Of a stretch of DNA of 64,000 nucleotides, positions 1 through 9,720 are shown piece by piece. Location: positions 22,719 to 86,718 of the forward strand of contig CAVTOX010000016.1 in NCBI GenBank assembly GCA_963736425.1, read 5' to 3'. Both the position numbers and the translations under genes were made by a program. The notes beneath the pieces were generated by a model. That model was not told the DNA's origin and ran no database searches. It worked only from the letters and a program-made list of their open reading frames with translations. Origin of the DNA: an uncultured Actinomycetes bacterium (GTDB lineage: Bacteria > Actinomycetota > Actinomycetes > S36-B12 > CAIYMF01). Numbering within the stretch: position 1 is the stretch's first letter; each line of letters opens with the position of its first letter.

Positions 1-810
1 GAGATCCACCACCGCTACACCAACGTCGTCGGGCGCGACAACGACCTCGGCTACGGGATCATGCGCGTCGACGAGGACCAGCGCTGGACGAAGTTCACGC
101 TCGGCCAGCCGCTCTACAACTTCGTCAACATGTGCTTCTTCGAGTACGGCATCGCCGCCTACGACCTGGAGCTCGGGGCGTACTACAAGGGCAAGAAGAA
201 GGTCGACGAGGCCTTCAAGCGCGATGGTCGCAAGGTGCTGGCCAAGATCGGCCGCCAGGTCCGCAAGGACTACCTGATCAACCCGGCGCTGGCCGCGCTG
301 GTCAACCCGTTCGCGGCGATCCCGGCCTTCGCCGCCACGTTCACGGCCAACCTCGTGGCCAACCTCGCGCGCAACGTGTGGACGCACTCGGTGATCATGT
401 GCGGGCACTTCCCCGAGGGTGTGGCCACCTTCTCCAAGACCTCGATCGAGGGCGAGACCCGCGGCGAGTGGTACGTCCGCCAGATGGTCGGCTCGGCCAA
501 CATCTCCGGCAGCCCTGCGATGCACATGATGACCGGCAACCTGTCGTTCCAGATCGAGCACCACCTGTACCCCGACATGCCCAGCCGCAGGTACAAGGAC
601 ATCGCCCCGCGGATCCGGGACCTCTTCGAGCGCCACGACTTGCCCTACGTCACCGGCTCGCTGCCCAAGCAGGTTGCCTCCGCGTGGCACAAGGTGTTCC
701 GGCTGGCCCTGCCCAACAACGCGTTCGGCCGGTTCAACCGGGCGCCCGCGTGGGTGAAGGAGTCCCCGGCCCCGGCCGAGGTCGAAGACGCGGATTCCTT
801 GGCAGCCTGA
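1..810 (+). CDS. fatty acid (acyl-CoA/acyl-lipid) desaturase, C-terminal part; 5' end lies outside the window
   Basis: Frame 1 is open from base 1 (EIHHRYTNVVGRDNDLGYG...). It carries desaturase histidine boxes HHRYTN and QIEHHLYPDMP. The stop is at 808-810. Confidence 0.85.
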   Translation, partial: EIHHRYTNVVGRDNDLGYGIMRVDEDQRWTKFTLGQPLYNFVNMCFFEYGIAAYDLELGAYYKGKKKVDEAFKRDGRKVLAKIGRQVRKDYLINPALAALVNPFAAIPAFAATFTANLVANLARNVWTHSVIMCGHFPEGVATFSKTSIEGETRGEWYVRQMVGSANISGSPAMHMMTGNLSFQIEHHLYPDMPSRRYKDIAPRIRDLFERHDLPYVTGSLPKQVASAWHKVFRLALPNNAFGRFNRAPAWVKESPAPAEVEDADSLAA

Positions 811-886
811 GGTCCACCTGCCGGTGTGACCCGCCGCACGTCGGGCCGGCCCACATGGTGGTGGCTGCCGGTGACAGGCTTGGTTC

Positions 887-1888
887 ATGAGTTCTGCTGT
901 GGGTCCCAGAGCGTTCCTGCCTGAGGCGGGGATCGTCGAGGTGGTTGGACTGACCAAGCGGTTCGGGCCGGTTCATGCGGTCACTGACCTGAGCTTCACG
1001 GTCGCGCCCGGTCGCGTGACTGGCTTCCTCGGGCCGAACGGCGCGGGCAAGACCACGACCCTGCGGATGCTGCTGGGTCTGGCCACACCGAACTCCGGGA
1101 CGGCGACGATCGGCGGCCGCACCTACTCCCAGCGCACGCAGCCCGCGCGTGTTGTCGGAGCCGCCCTGGAGGCCTCGTCGTTCCACCCGGGGCGGACGGC
1201 ACGTGACCACCTCCGTGTGTACGCCCCGCAGCTCGGCGTGGGGGATGCGCGCTGCGACGAGGTCCTGGGCATCGTCGGGATGACGGATGCGGCTGACCGG
1301 CGCACGGGTGGGTTCTCGATGGGCATGCGACAGCGACTGGCGCTGGCCACGACGCTGCTCGGCGACCCGCAGGTGCTCCTCCTCGACGAGCCGGCGAACG
1401 GCCTCGACCCGGAGGGGATCGCCTGGCTGCGGCAGTTCCTGCGCTACCTCGCCGCCCAGGGCCGCACGGTGCTGGTCTCCAGCCACGTCCTCTCGGAGGT
1501 GGAGCAGACAGTCGATGACGTCGTGATCATCGCCCGCGGTCGGCTCGTGCACGCCTCGTCGCTGGCCCAGCTCGAGGCGATGGCGCGGCCCGCGGTCCGG
1601 ATCAGCTCACCGGATGCGGCGGGCCTTGCGGCCCTGGTCGCCGAGCAGGGCTGGGGGCCGAGCACGCGCTTCGACAGCCCGAGCACCGCGGTCGTGTTCG
1701 ACCGGCACTGCCCCGAGGTGGGCGACGCGGCGTATGCCCGCAGGCTGCCGCTGCACGAGCTCGCGCCCGCAGGCACGAGCCTCGAGGCCCTGTTCCTGCA
1801 GCTCACCGCCGATCCCACCGACCCGGGCGCTGCGCCGCCGGGTTCCCTGACGGGACCCGCGGGCACGACACCGGGGGTGGCCCGATGA
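887..1888 (+). CDS. ABC transporter ATP-binding protein
   Basis: Walker [18 protein letters not shown], signature FSMGMRQRL and Walker B LLLDEPANGLD. The stop overlaps the next start (ATGA at 1885-1888). Confidence 0.9.
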   Translation: MSSAVGPRAFLPEAGIVEVVGLTKRFGPVHAVTDLSFTVAPGRVTGFLGPNGAGKTTTLRMLLGLATPNSGTATIGGRTYSQRTQPARVVGAALEASSFHPGRTARDHLRVYAPQLGVGDARCDEVLGIVGMTDAADRRTGGFSMGMRQRLALATTLLGDPQVLLLDEPANGLDPEGIAWLRQFLRYLAAQGRTVLVSSHVLSEVEQTVDDVVIIARGRLVHASSLAQLEAMARPAVRISSPDAAGLAALVAEQGWGPSTRFDSPSTAVVFDRHCPEVGDAAYARRLPLHELAPAGTSLEALFLQLTADPTDPGAAPPGSLTGPAGTTPGVAR

Positions 1889-2718
1889 TCGCGGCCCTGC
1901 GCACGGAGCTGCGCAAGGTCTCCAGCACCCGGACCTGGTGGCTCACCGCACTGGCCATGTTCGGATACATGGTTGTGATGGGCGTGATCATGGCGTTCTC
2001 GCTGGTCATGGGGATGCGCGAGGCGCAGAAGGCTGGGGGCGCTCCGGCGGGCGGCAGCGGCTTCGGGAACGCCGTGCTCGACGAGATGGCGATCGCCACG
2101 TCCGTCTACACGTTGGCGGTGGCGCTGGGCTACATCTTCCCGGCCATCCTCGGTGCCCTCAGCGTGACCGGGGAGTTCCGCCACCGAACCATCACCCCGA
2201 CCCTCCTGGCCGAGCCTCGTCGCAGCCTGGTCCTGGGGTCCAAGCTGGTGGCGATCCTGCCGTTCGCGCTGGTTGTCGCGATCGCCGGCGTCGCCGGCAC
2301 GGTCATCGGCGGGGCAGGGACCCTGGCGATCATGGGGGAGCCGACGCTGCTCGGCGACCGCACCGTGCAGCGCACGATCGTCCTGTCCGTGGTGGCCCTG
2401 ACGCTCTGGGCCCTGGTGGGCGTCGGCTTCGGCTCCGTGCTCACCAACCAGGTGGCGGCGATCGTCGTCCTGCTCGCGTTCACGCAGTTCGTCGAGCCCC
2501 TGCTGCGCCTGCTCCTGGCCCAGTTCGACGCAACTGAGGCCATCAGCAAGTTCCTGCCCGGCGCGGCGGGGGAGGCGATCGCCGGGTCCAGCCTGTACGT
2601 GAGCTCCGGGCTGGCCGTGCTGCTGAACTCCTGGCAGGGCGCACTGACGTTGGCGGGCTACGCAGTCATCCTGGTCCTCATCGGGCGGTTCACGACGTTC
2701 CGTCGAGACATCGGCTAG
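1885..2718 (+). CDS. ABC-2 type transporter permease
   Basis: 277 aa with about 6 hydrophobic helices. It is translationally coupled to the upstream ATPase. Confidence 0.8.
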   Translation: MIAALRTELRKVSSTRTWWLTALAMFGYMVVMGVIMAFSLVMGMREAQKAGGAPAGGSGFGNAVLDEMAIATSVYTLAVALGYIFPAILGALSVTGEFRHRTITPTLLAEPRRSLVLGSKLVAILPFALVVAIAGVAGTVIGGAGTLAIMGEPTLLGDRTVQRTIVLSVVALTLWALVGVGFGSVLTNQVAAIVVLLAFTQFVEPLLRLLLAQFDATEAISKFLPGAAGEAIAGSSLYVSSGLAVLLNSWQGALTLAGYAVILVLIGRFTTFRRDIG

Positions 2719-2738
2719 ATCCGCAAAGGGGCGAGACC

Positions 2739-5051
2739 ATGGACGGACTCAGGGGCATCGCCCACGGCGCGGCACTGATCGGGCTCCCCAACGCCCTGCG
2801 GGCTGTCGGGAACGCCCTGGCTCGCGACCGCGCCGATAGGGCCCTCGAACCACGGCCGACCACCCCGCACCGGACGCCGGGGGAGCTTCGTGGCGCCTCG
2901 ATCGAGGCAGGTGAGGTGCGGATCCGGTTCTCCACCACGTTCGTCGACCTGCGGTTCCCGCGGCACGGCCAGGTGTCGGTCGGCTGGCAAGGTGCGCTGG
3001 AGGTGCCGTCGTACGCCGTGGTGGCGGATGCCGGGGTCTCGGCCGGCGGACCTGCCGGTGCCTCGCCGCAGCTCGAACGGGCCGGGGACGGCTGGATCGT
3101 CCGGGGCCCGGGGATCGCCGTCCACGTTTCGCATGACGGGTCCATGACCTACCTCGACGACGAGGGCCGGACGCGCCGCCGCGACGAGGCGCCCAGCTGG
3201 GACGGCGTCGGCTGGACCCTCCGCACGGAGCTGCCCGACGGTGCGACTCTGCACGGGCTCGGCGGCAGGACGGTCTGGGACCTGCGCGGGGCCACCTACC
3301 GCTGCTGGAACACCGACCCCGGCGGCGCCTGGCTGCCCGGGGAGGACCCGTTGTACGTCACCTCGCCGGTGTACGCGGTGCTCGACGACCATGGCGCCGC
3401 CCACTGCTTCGTGGACAACGCCTGCGACGCCACCTTCGACGCGACCGGTGGCCAGCTGGTGGCGCATTTCGATGCCGGCCCCTTGCGGCTGCACGTCTCG
3501 ATCGGCTCGCTGCCTGCGGTCCTCGACGCCTACACGGCGCTCACCGGGCGCCCCACGGCGGCACCGCGCTGGGCGCTCGGGCACCATCAGGCGCGCTGGG
3601 GCTACGGGTCGACTGAGGCCGTGCGGGCCGTCTGGCAGGGCTTCGCCGAGAACGACCTGCCGCTGTCGGCGATGCACCTCGACATCGACCACATGGACGG
3701 CTTTCGCAACTTCACGTTCGGCACTGAGCACTGGGCGGGGATCGGCGACCTCATCGAGGAGATGGCCGCCGAGGGGGTCCGCACGGTGGTCATCGTGGAC
3801 GCGGGCATCGCCAGGGACGACGAGTACCCGCTCTACCGCGAGGGCGTCGAACGTGGGCTGTTCTGCGCCAACGCGGACGGCTCGACGTTCGCGGGGGTGG
3901 TCTGGCCCGGGCCGACGGTCTTCCCGGACTTCACCTCGGCCCAGGTGCGTCGGTGGTGGGGCGAGCAGTTCGCGTTCTACGCCGACCTCGGGGTCGCGGG
4001 CTACTGGCATGACATGAACGAGCCGTCGAACTTCGTGGCATGGGGCGATCCGACCTTCCCGTTGAGCACCCGGCACGAGCTGGACGGACGCCCCTCGGAC
4101 CACCGCGACGCGCACAACATCTACGGGCTGCAGATGTGCCGGGCGTCCTACGACGGGTTGCGCGAGGTCCGCCCCGACGAGCGGCCGTTCCTGTTCTCGC
4201 GCTCGGGCTGGGCAGGGATGCAGCGCTACGGCGGGCACTGGAGCGGGGACATCGAGGCCTCATGGCCGTCGCTTCGAGCCACCCTGCACCAGGCCTTCGG
4301 CTACGGGGTCAGCGGCGTGGGCTACTACGGCTCGGACATCGGCGGCTTCACCGGCAGGCCCTCACCGGAGCTGTTCACCCGGTGGTTCCAGCTCGCGTCG
4401 TTCCTGCCGTTCTTCCGCACCCACTGCGCGTTGAACGTACCCCGGCGCGAGCCCTGGGAGTGGGGCCCTGAGGTGATGGACCGGCTGCGCGGCGCGTTGC
4501 AGCGGCGCTACCGGCTGCTGCCGTTCTGGTACACCCTCGCGCTGGATTCGACGCGCACCGGGGCTCCGTTCGTCCGGCCCCTGGCGTGGTCGGATCCGGC
4601 GTTTCGCGGGGCCGACGACGTGTTCCTGCTCGGCGAGGACGTCCTGGTGGCTCCAGTCCTCGAGGAGGGTGCCACCAGGCGGGGGTCCAGCCTGCCCGAG
4701 GGCGTGTGGTTCCACGGCGACACCGGTGAGCGGGTCGAGGGGTTGATCGACGTCCCGGTCGGCCCGGGTGACATCCCCTGGTTCGTGCGGGCCGGCGCGG
4801 TGATCCCCACCGAGGAGGACGGCCGGCTCGCGCTCCTCGTGGCGCCGCCCGAGGGGGATCGGCCATCCGTCGGCGGACGGCTGCTCACGGACTCCGGGGA
4901 CGGCTGGGACGCCCCCCACGAGGAGCGCTATACCAGTGGGCTGATCGACGGAGAGGTCGTGGTCACGCGGGAGGTGATCACGCAGGGCGCGTTCGGATTC
5001 CGCGCAGTCGAGGTCCGTTCGATCGACGGCCGGCCCGCGCGCCTGGCGTGA
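2739..5051 (+). CDS. glycoside hydrolase family 31 (alpha-glucosidase-like)
   Basis: 770 aa with GH31 catalytic-region motifs YWHDMNEPS and GGHWSGDIEASW. AAGGGG lies upstream of the ATG. Confidence 0.9.
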   Translation: MDGLRGIAHGAALIGLPNALRAVGNALARDRADRALEPRPTTPHRTPGELRGASIEAGEVRIRFSTTFVDLRFPRHGQVSVGWQGALEVPSYAVVADAGVSAGGPAGASPQLERAGDGWIVRGPGIAVHVSHDGSMTYLDDEGRTRRRDEAPSWDGVGWTLRTELPDGATLHGLGGRTVWDLRGATYRCWNTDPGGAWLPGEDPLYVTSPVYAVLDDHGAAHCFVDNACDATFDATGGQLVAHFDAGPLRLHVSIGSLPAVLDAYTALTGRPTAAPRWALGHHQARWGYGSTEAVRAVWQGFAENDLPLSAMHLDIDHMDGFRNFTFGTEHWAGIGDLIEEMAAEGVRTVVIVDAGIARDDEYPLYREGVERGLFCANADGSTFAGVVWPGPTVFPDFTSAQVRRWWGEQFAFYADLGVAGYWHDMNEPSNFVAWGDPTFPLSTRHELDGRPSDHRDAHNIYGLQMCRASYDGLREVRPDERPFLFSRSGWAGMQRYGGHWSGDIEASWPSLRATLHQAFGYGVSGVGYYGSDIGGFTGRPSPELFTRWFQLASFLPFFRTHCALNVPRREPWEWGPEVMDRLRGALQRRYRLLPFWYTLALDSTRTGAPFVRPLAWSDPAFRGADDVFLLGEDVLVAPVLEEGATRRGSSLPEGVWFHGDTGERVEGLIDVPVGPGDIPWFVRAGAVIPTEEDGRLALLVAPPEGDRPSVGGRLLTDSGDGWDAPHEERYTSGLIDGEVVVTREVITQGAFGFRAVEVRSIDGRPARLA

Positions 5052-5135
5052 CCTTCTGCGACCGAGTGACTCAGTACCCGTGACGCCGTCGATGGAGTCC
5101 GGCAGACACCAGGCACGCGCGAGTAGCCTGCGGCC

Positions 5136-5966
5136 ATGAACCTGGAACCCCAAGACCCCACCGTGGTGGCGGACGCCCTGACCCCCGATCCCATCGATGT
5201 CTGGCGCGAGGCGATGGTTGACTTCCGGGATGCGGCGGCCCGCGCCGAGTGGCGCCACCCGTCGGTGCTGCCCGGCTGGACCGTGGCCGACGTCGTGGCG
5301 CACGTGACCTGGATCGAGCGCTCCCAGCTCGGGCGCCAGGACCCGCCGCACGAGCCCGACTGGGAGGCCCTGCCGCACGCCACGGACGGCTTCGGGCGGA
5401 TCACCGAGGTGCCCGTCGACCTACGCCGCTCGCGGACCCGCGAGGACGTCCTGGCCGAGTTCGACGAGACCATGGCCGACCGGGAGGTGGCCCTGCGCGA
5501 GCTCCGGGCCAGCAACCCGGGGCTGGTGATGAACCCCCTGGGCCGGATGATGCCCTTCGATGAGGTGATCTCCATGCGCGTGTTCGACACCTGGGTCCAC
5601 GAGCAGGACATCCGGGTGGCGGTGGATGATCCCGGGCACCTGGGCACGGCCCCCGCGCACATGGCGGCCGGCCGGATGCGTCGATCGTTGGGGTTCGTGT
5701 GGGCGAAGAAGGTCGACGCGCCGGTCGGGGCGACGCTGCTGGTGACGGTGACCGGTCCCGGTGTGGAGTTCAGCGACGCGGTCATCCGCACCGACGACGG
5801 CAAGGGCCGCCCGATCGCCCCTGTCGAGGATCCGACCGTGGCGCTGACCATGTCGTTCCCGGGGTTCGTGGCCCTCACCTGCGGCCGCGGCCCGGCCGAG
5901 GTGTCGATCGAGGGCGATCAGGTGCTGGGGGAGCGCGCCGTCGAGCGTTTGAACATCGCCCCCTGA
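5136..5966 (+). CDS. maleylpyruvate isomerase family mycothiol-dependent enzyme (DinB-like)
   Basis: The N-terminal DinB/MDMPI-like pattern WTVADVVAHVTWIE is typical of the actinobacterial TIGR03083-type family. 276 aa. Confidence 0.7.
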   Translation: MNLEPQDPTVVADALTPDPIDVWREAMVDFRDAAARAEWRHPSVLPGWTVADVVAHVTWIERSQLGRQDPPHEPDWEALPHATDGFGRITEVPVDLRRSRTREDVLAEFDETMADREVALRELRASNPGLVMNPLGRMMPFDEVISMRVFDTWVHEQDIRVAVDDPGHLGTAPAHMAAGRMRRSLGFVWAKKVDAPVGATLLVTVTGPGVEFSDAVIRTDDGKGRPIAPVEDPTVALTMSFPGFVALTCGRGPAEVSIEGDQVLGERAVERLNIAP

Positions 5967-6015
5967 TCGGCGTCGCCGGTAGAGCCCCGGTGGCGGGTTC
6001 GGGCCGAACGCAGCT

Positions 6016-7404
6016 TCACGCGCGGGCCGGTGCGCTCGCGTCCGCGGCGTCTGCCGGGGGAGGGCCGTCCGGCGTCGCGGAGCCCGCCGCAGCCCCCTGC
6101 GGTGCTGCCTCCCGGCGCTTGTCGATCGCGGCCCGGATCGCGAAGCCTGTCACGGCGGCGATCGCGACCTCCGGGAAGACCTCGCTCGCGTTGGGGCCGA
6201 ACAACAGGATCGTGAGGGCCACGGCGCTCAGGGGCATCTTCATGCCGGCGGCCGCGAACGAGGCCATGCCCACGGCGATCCCGCCGGCCAGTCCGAGTCC
6301 GGGCAGCGGTGCGATCAGCACGCCGAACGCGCCGCCGAGCAGGATCGACGGGAAGATGGGACCGCCCCGGAAGGCGCCCAGCGACAGGGCGTACCCGATG
6401 GCCTTGAATACGAGCAGGGCGATCAGTGCCGTGACCCCCCAGGACGACGGGTCGCTGGTCATCTCCTTGAGGGTCTCGGTCCCCGAGGACGCCACGTCGA
6501 AGGGGTCGCGCCCGGTGATCAGCGAGTAGGCGGACGCGCACAGGGCGACGCCCAGGCCGATGGCCATCGTGCCGGCAACCAGCCGCCCGCGGGTCAGCGA
6601 CCCGATACGATCCGCGACGCGCAGCCCTCCGGTGAACAGCACGCTCATGGCGATGCCGGCGACTATGCCGACGGGGACGGCCCACAGCAGGTCGCCGATG
6701 TCCGGGGTGGGCACGGAGTCCAGCTCGACGAGCTGCAGGGACTGGGCCGTGATGCCCGCGTTGTTGCCCAGGCCCGTGAAGAGGACGGCCCCCACCCCGA
6801 CTCCGAGCAGGGCGGCCAGCGTGGCGATGATGACCGGCCCACCGGTGATCGCGACGGCCTCGGCCAGGAAGATGACGGCGGTCAGGGGGTTGCCAAGGAC
6901 GATCGCGATCGCGGCAGCGGCACCGGCTGTCCCGATGAGAGCCTCGAGCCGACCTCCCGGGGACAGCCGGACCACCCGTGAGATCCAGACGGCCAAGCCG
7001 TAGCCCATCGCGATGAGCGGCGCCTCCGGACCCAGGACCACGCCCAGGGGAAGGCCGGCCAGCGCCGCGAGGAAGACCCCGGGCACGTAGGCAGGGGGAG
7101 TGGGGGGACCGCCGGTCCCGTGGGCGGGGATGTGACCTCCCGGGCCGGGGAGGACGATGATGGCCGCGGCGACCAGCAGGCCGGCCAGCAGCAGCCAGGG
7201 GATGGCCCACCACCACGGCGTCGAGTCGAAGCCCAGATCGGCAGGCGCGGTCTGCCATACCCACTTCTGCAGCAGCGAGACGAGGTCGAGGAAGCCCATC
7301 GCCACCAGCGAGATGGGCAGGGCGACCAGGATCGAGGATCCGATGACGCGCAGGAGTGCGCTCCGGTCGATCTCGGGCGCTGGTGCGGGGGAGGTCGTGG
7401 ACAT
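6016..7404 (-). CDS. ClC family voltage-gated chloride channel / H+-Cl- exchanger
   Basis: Multi-TM protein with ClC selectivity-type motifs GPEAPLIAMG and GGPIFPSILLG. The start is set at the in-frame ATG at 7404 (MSTTSPAP...), 87 nt inside the track ORF. Confidence 0.85.
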   Translation of the reverse strand: MSTTSPAPAPEIDRSALLRVIGSSILVALPISLVAMGFLDLVSLLQKWVWQTAPADLGFDSTPWWWAIPWLLLAGLLVAAAIIVLPGPGGHIPAHGTGGPPTPPAYVPGVFLAALAGLPLGVVLGPEAPLIAMGYGLAVWISRVVRLSPGGRLEALIGTAGAAAAIAIVLGNPLTAVIFLAEAVAITGGPVIIATLAALLGVGVGAVLFTGLGNNAGITAQSLQLVELDSVPTPDIGDLLWAVPVGIVAGIAMSVLFTGGLRVADRIGSLTRGRLVAGTMAIGLGVALCASAYSLITGRDPFDVASSGTETLKEMTSDPSSWGVTALIALLVFKAIGYALSLGAFRGGPIFPSILLGGAFGVLIAPLPGLGLAGGIAVGMASFAAAGMKMPLSAVALTILLFGPNASEVFPEVAIAAVTGFAIRAAIDKRREAAPQGAAAGSATPDGPPPADAADASAPARA

Positions 7405-7535
7405 CCCGGGAGTATGGCAGCAGTTGGGCCCGGCTGGCGGGAATATGCCAGGACGAGGGTCGATTCGGGACCACGGGCCTGCTCGGGGCACATCTCGGCG
7501 CTCCGGACGCGGCGCGCGTGGTGAAGGATCTACCC

Positions 7536-8822
7536 ATGCGGCTGCACCGGACTCCCATCACCTGGGCGATCTACGGCGTCAATGGCGCATGGGCCGCCTT
7601 CATCTACCTCACCGGGCCGGTGAGCCCGATCCTGAGCGAGGACCTCGGCATGTCCCTGGCCGCCGCAGGGCTTGTCGGCACCGCCCTGGCGCTGGGGATC
7701 ATCACGGCCTCACTGGCCGCTCCCCGGGCTGTGCGCATGCTGGGCCGGGACCGAGCCACGAAGGCCGGGCTTGTTGTGGTTGCTGCTGGGCTGATGGGCA
7801 TGGTCCTGGTGCCGTTGGTCGTCTCCGGTTCGGTGGCCTTCGGCCTGATCCTCGGACTCGTGTGGGTGTCCGCGAGCGGTGGGGGCACCACGCTCAACGC
7901 CTCCATGGCCCGACTGTCCGACGCCCACCCCATCCACAGTGCCCGGGTCATCACGGAGGCCAACGCGGCGGCCGCCTGGGTTGGGCTGCTCTCGCCCTTG
8001 ATCCTGGGTGCTGCCCTCGGCGCGGGTCTCGGCTGGGAGGTGGGCATCCTGGCGTGCCTGATCCTCACGCTGGCGGCGCTGGTGGGGCTGGTCGTGGCCG
8101 ACAGGGTGATGGCACGGTCAGGACGGGACGGGACGGTGGCCCCCGGTGGCACCCCTGCGGACTCGCACGACTTGGCGGTGGTACCTGCGCTGGAACCTGT
8201 CTTCGAGCCCGTGCTTGGACCGCCTCCGTCGAGCACGCAGGCGCAGGCCCCGCTGCCCCGGGTCTTCTGGCTGGCGATGGTCGCTCTGTTCGCGGCGGTG
8301 GCCACGGAGTTCGCCATCAACTACTGGGGCTCGACGCTGATCCAGGAGCAGACCGGGGCCCCGGCCGCGTCGGCGACCGCGGCGATGGCCGCCGTTGTGG
8401 CGGGCGTGGCCATCGGCCGCACCATCGGATCCGCGCTCACGCTGCAACTGGGTCCGCATCGGATGCTGATCGGCGGGTTCGGCCTGGCCCTGGTCGGTTT
8501 CGGCGTGCTGTGGACCGCCGGGTCACTCCCGCTGGCCGTGGTCGGGTTGTTCGTCGCCGGCTTGGGGATCGCAGCGCTCTTCCCCCTGCTCCTGGACCGC
8601 GGCATCGTGCTGTCCGCGGGCCATCCCGATCTCGCCATGGCCCGCTCCTCGCTGGTGCTGGGGCTGGCTGTCGGAAGTGCGCCGTTCGCCCTGGGCGCCC
8701 TCGGGTCCGTGATGCCCGTCCGGATGGTATTGCTCCTCGTCCCGGTCGTGATCGTCGTCGGGGTGCTCGGAGTCCTCGCATCCCGGCCGCACGGGCCAGA
8801 GCGCCCCTCGGTGGGTGCCTGA
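7536..8822 (+). CDS. MFS transporter
   Basis: About 12 predicted TM helices. The start is placed at ATG 7536 (MRLHRTPITW...) so it does not overlap the divergent ClC gene. Confidence 0.8.
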   Translation: MRLHRTPITWAIYGVNGAWAAFIYLTGPVSPILSEDLGMSLAAAGLVGTALALGIITASLAAPRAVRMLGRDRATKAGLVVVAAGLMGMVLVPLVVSGSVAFGLILGLVWVSASGGGTTLNASMARLSDAHPIHSARVITEANAAAAWVGLLSPLILGAALGAGLGWEVGILACLILTLAALVGLVVADRVMARSGRDGTVAPGGTPADSHDLAVVPALEPVFEPVLGPPPSSTQAQAPLPRVFWLAMVALFAAVATEFAINYWGSTLIQEQTGAPAASATAAMAAVVAGVAIGRTIGSALTLQLGPHRMLIGGFGLALVGFGVLWTAGSLPLAVVGLFVAGLGIAALFPLLLDRGIVLSAGHPDLAMARSSLVLGLAVGSAPFALGALGSVMPVRMVLLLVPVVIVVGVLGVLASRPHGPERPSVGA

Positions 8823-8961
8823 GCCTGGTCGTTCAGGGTCGCAGTGGGAAGGTCGTCCGGGCGACACTTCCTATGTCATCGCGGACATAGCGGGCACGAG
8901 GGGGTGGCCAGACGATGGAAGTGCCCCCAAGGGATGGGGGATCGGTTGAGGGGAGGCCGAG

Positions 8962-9687
8962 ATGAGTACCAAGCTGGAGGAGCCGTTGAAGGCTTCGCAG
9001 TTGACGCACGTGGCGAACATGCCACCGCTGGAGGTAGTGACAGAGGGCATCCCGCCGCAGGAGCACATCGGGCCGCCGCCCGTGTCCCAGCCGGGGGCAC
9101 CCCCCTCTGCGCCCGAACACCGGAGGAACTGGTTTGCGTGGGCGCTGGCCGGCGTGATCGGGGCGCTGCTCGTGGTCGCGGGAATCTTCGCGGTGAGGCA
9201 GTACTCGTCGCCGAGCACGTCCGACCTGCAGGCAGGGCTGCCCCCGCAGGCAGGGCAGGAGAACGGGGCGGGCGCGGGGGCTTCTGAGCCGGTCTACGCT
9301 GGGCAGTTGCTTGGTCCTGCGCTCCCGTACATCGCGGACTGGTCGATCCCGGTGATCCCGGCGATCGCGTCGATCTCGGCGATGTCGCTCCCGCCGATTG
9401 AGCCGATCCCGGCGATGTCGATCCCGCCGATTGAGCCGATGTCGATCGCGTCGATGTCGATGTCGATCCCGGCGATCGAGTCGATCCAGCCGATCTCGAT
9501 CCCGGCGACGCCGACGACCCCGACGACCCCGCCGAACGAGTCGATCCAGCCGATCGAGCCGGTTTCGATCCCGGCGATGTCGATCCCGTCGATCGCGTCG
9601 ATCTCGTTCCCGTCGTTCCCAACGATCCCGTCGATCTCGATCCCACCGATTGAGACGTTCCCGACGATCTCGATCCCGGACATGTGA
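8962..9687 (+). CDS. single-pass membrane protein with a Pro-rich N-terminus and a C-terminal Ser/Ile/Pro degenerate repeat
   Basis: GGGGAGG Shine-Dalgarno sequence before ATG 8962. One TM helix (WFAWALAGVIGALLVVAGIFAV). The C-terminal 115 aa are SIP/PIE/AIx triplet-like repeats. GC3 is very high. Confidence 0.6.
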   Translation: MSTKLEEPLKASQLTHVANMPPLEVVTEGIPPQEHIGPPPVSQPGAPPSAPEHRRNWFAWALAGVIGALLVVAGIFAVRQYSSPSTSDLQAGLPPQAGQENGAGAGASEPVYAGQLLGPALPYIADWSIPVIPAIASISAMSLPPIEPIPAMSIPPIEPMSIASMSMSIPAIESIQPISIPATPTTPTTPPNESIQPIEPVSIPAMSIPSIASISFPSFPTIPSISIPPIETFPTISIPDM

Positions 9688-9690
9688 CTC
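9340..9690 (+). repeat. degenerate tandem repeat built on CGATC units (GATC-dense)
   Basis: I count 23 GATC sites between 9344 and 9675. Longer units recur, such as GATCCCGGCGATGTCGATCCCGCCGATTGAGCCGAT and GAGTCGATCCAGCCGATC. Confidence 0.85.
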
Positions 9691-9720
9691 TGGACTCTGG
9701 TGCACGACGCGGGTCAGTGA

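Noticed and set aside
9294-9683. A minus-strand ORF reading the repeat as GIEIDGI / GIDIAGIE units.
   Set aside because: GC3 is high on this strand too because GATC is palindromic, so it cannot be excluded on composition. However, it is confined to the repeat, has no Shine-Dalgarno sequence and has no flanking non-repeat domain. The + strand ORF has a Shine-Dalgarno sequence, a TM helix and a 125-aa non-repeat N-terminus.
9340-9690. The GATC cluster as a Dam-regulated element or a replication-origin-like sequestration site.
   Set aside because: It lies entirely inside a coding repeat. There are no DnaA-box-like motifs or AT-rich unwinding element, and Dam methylation is not typical of Actinomycetota.
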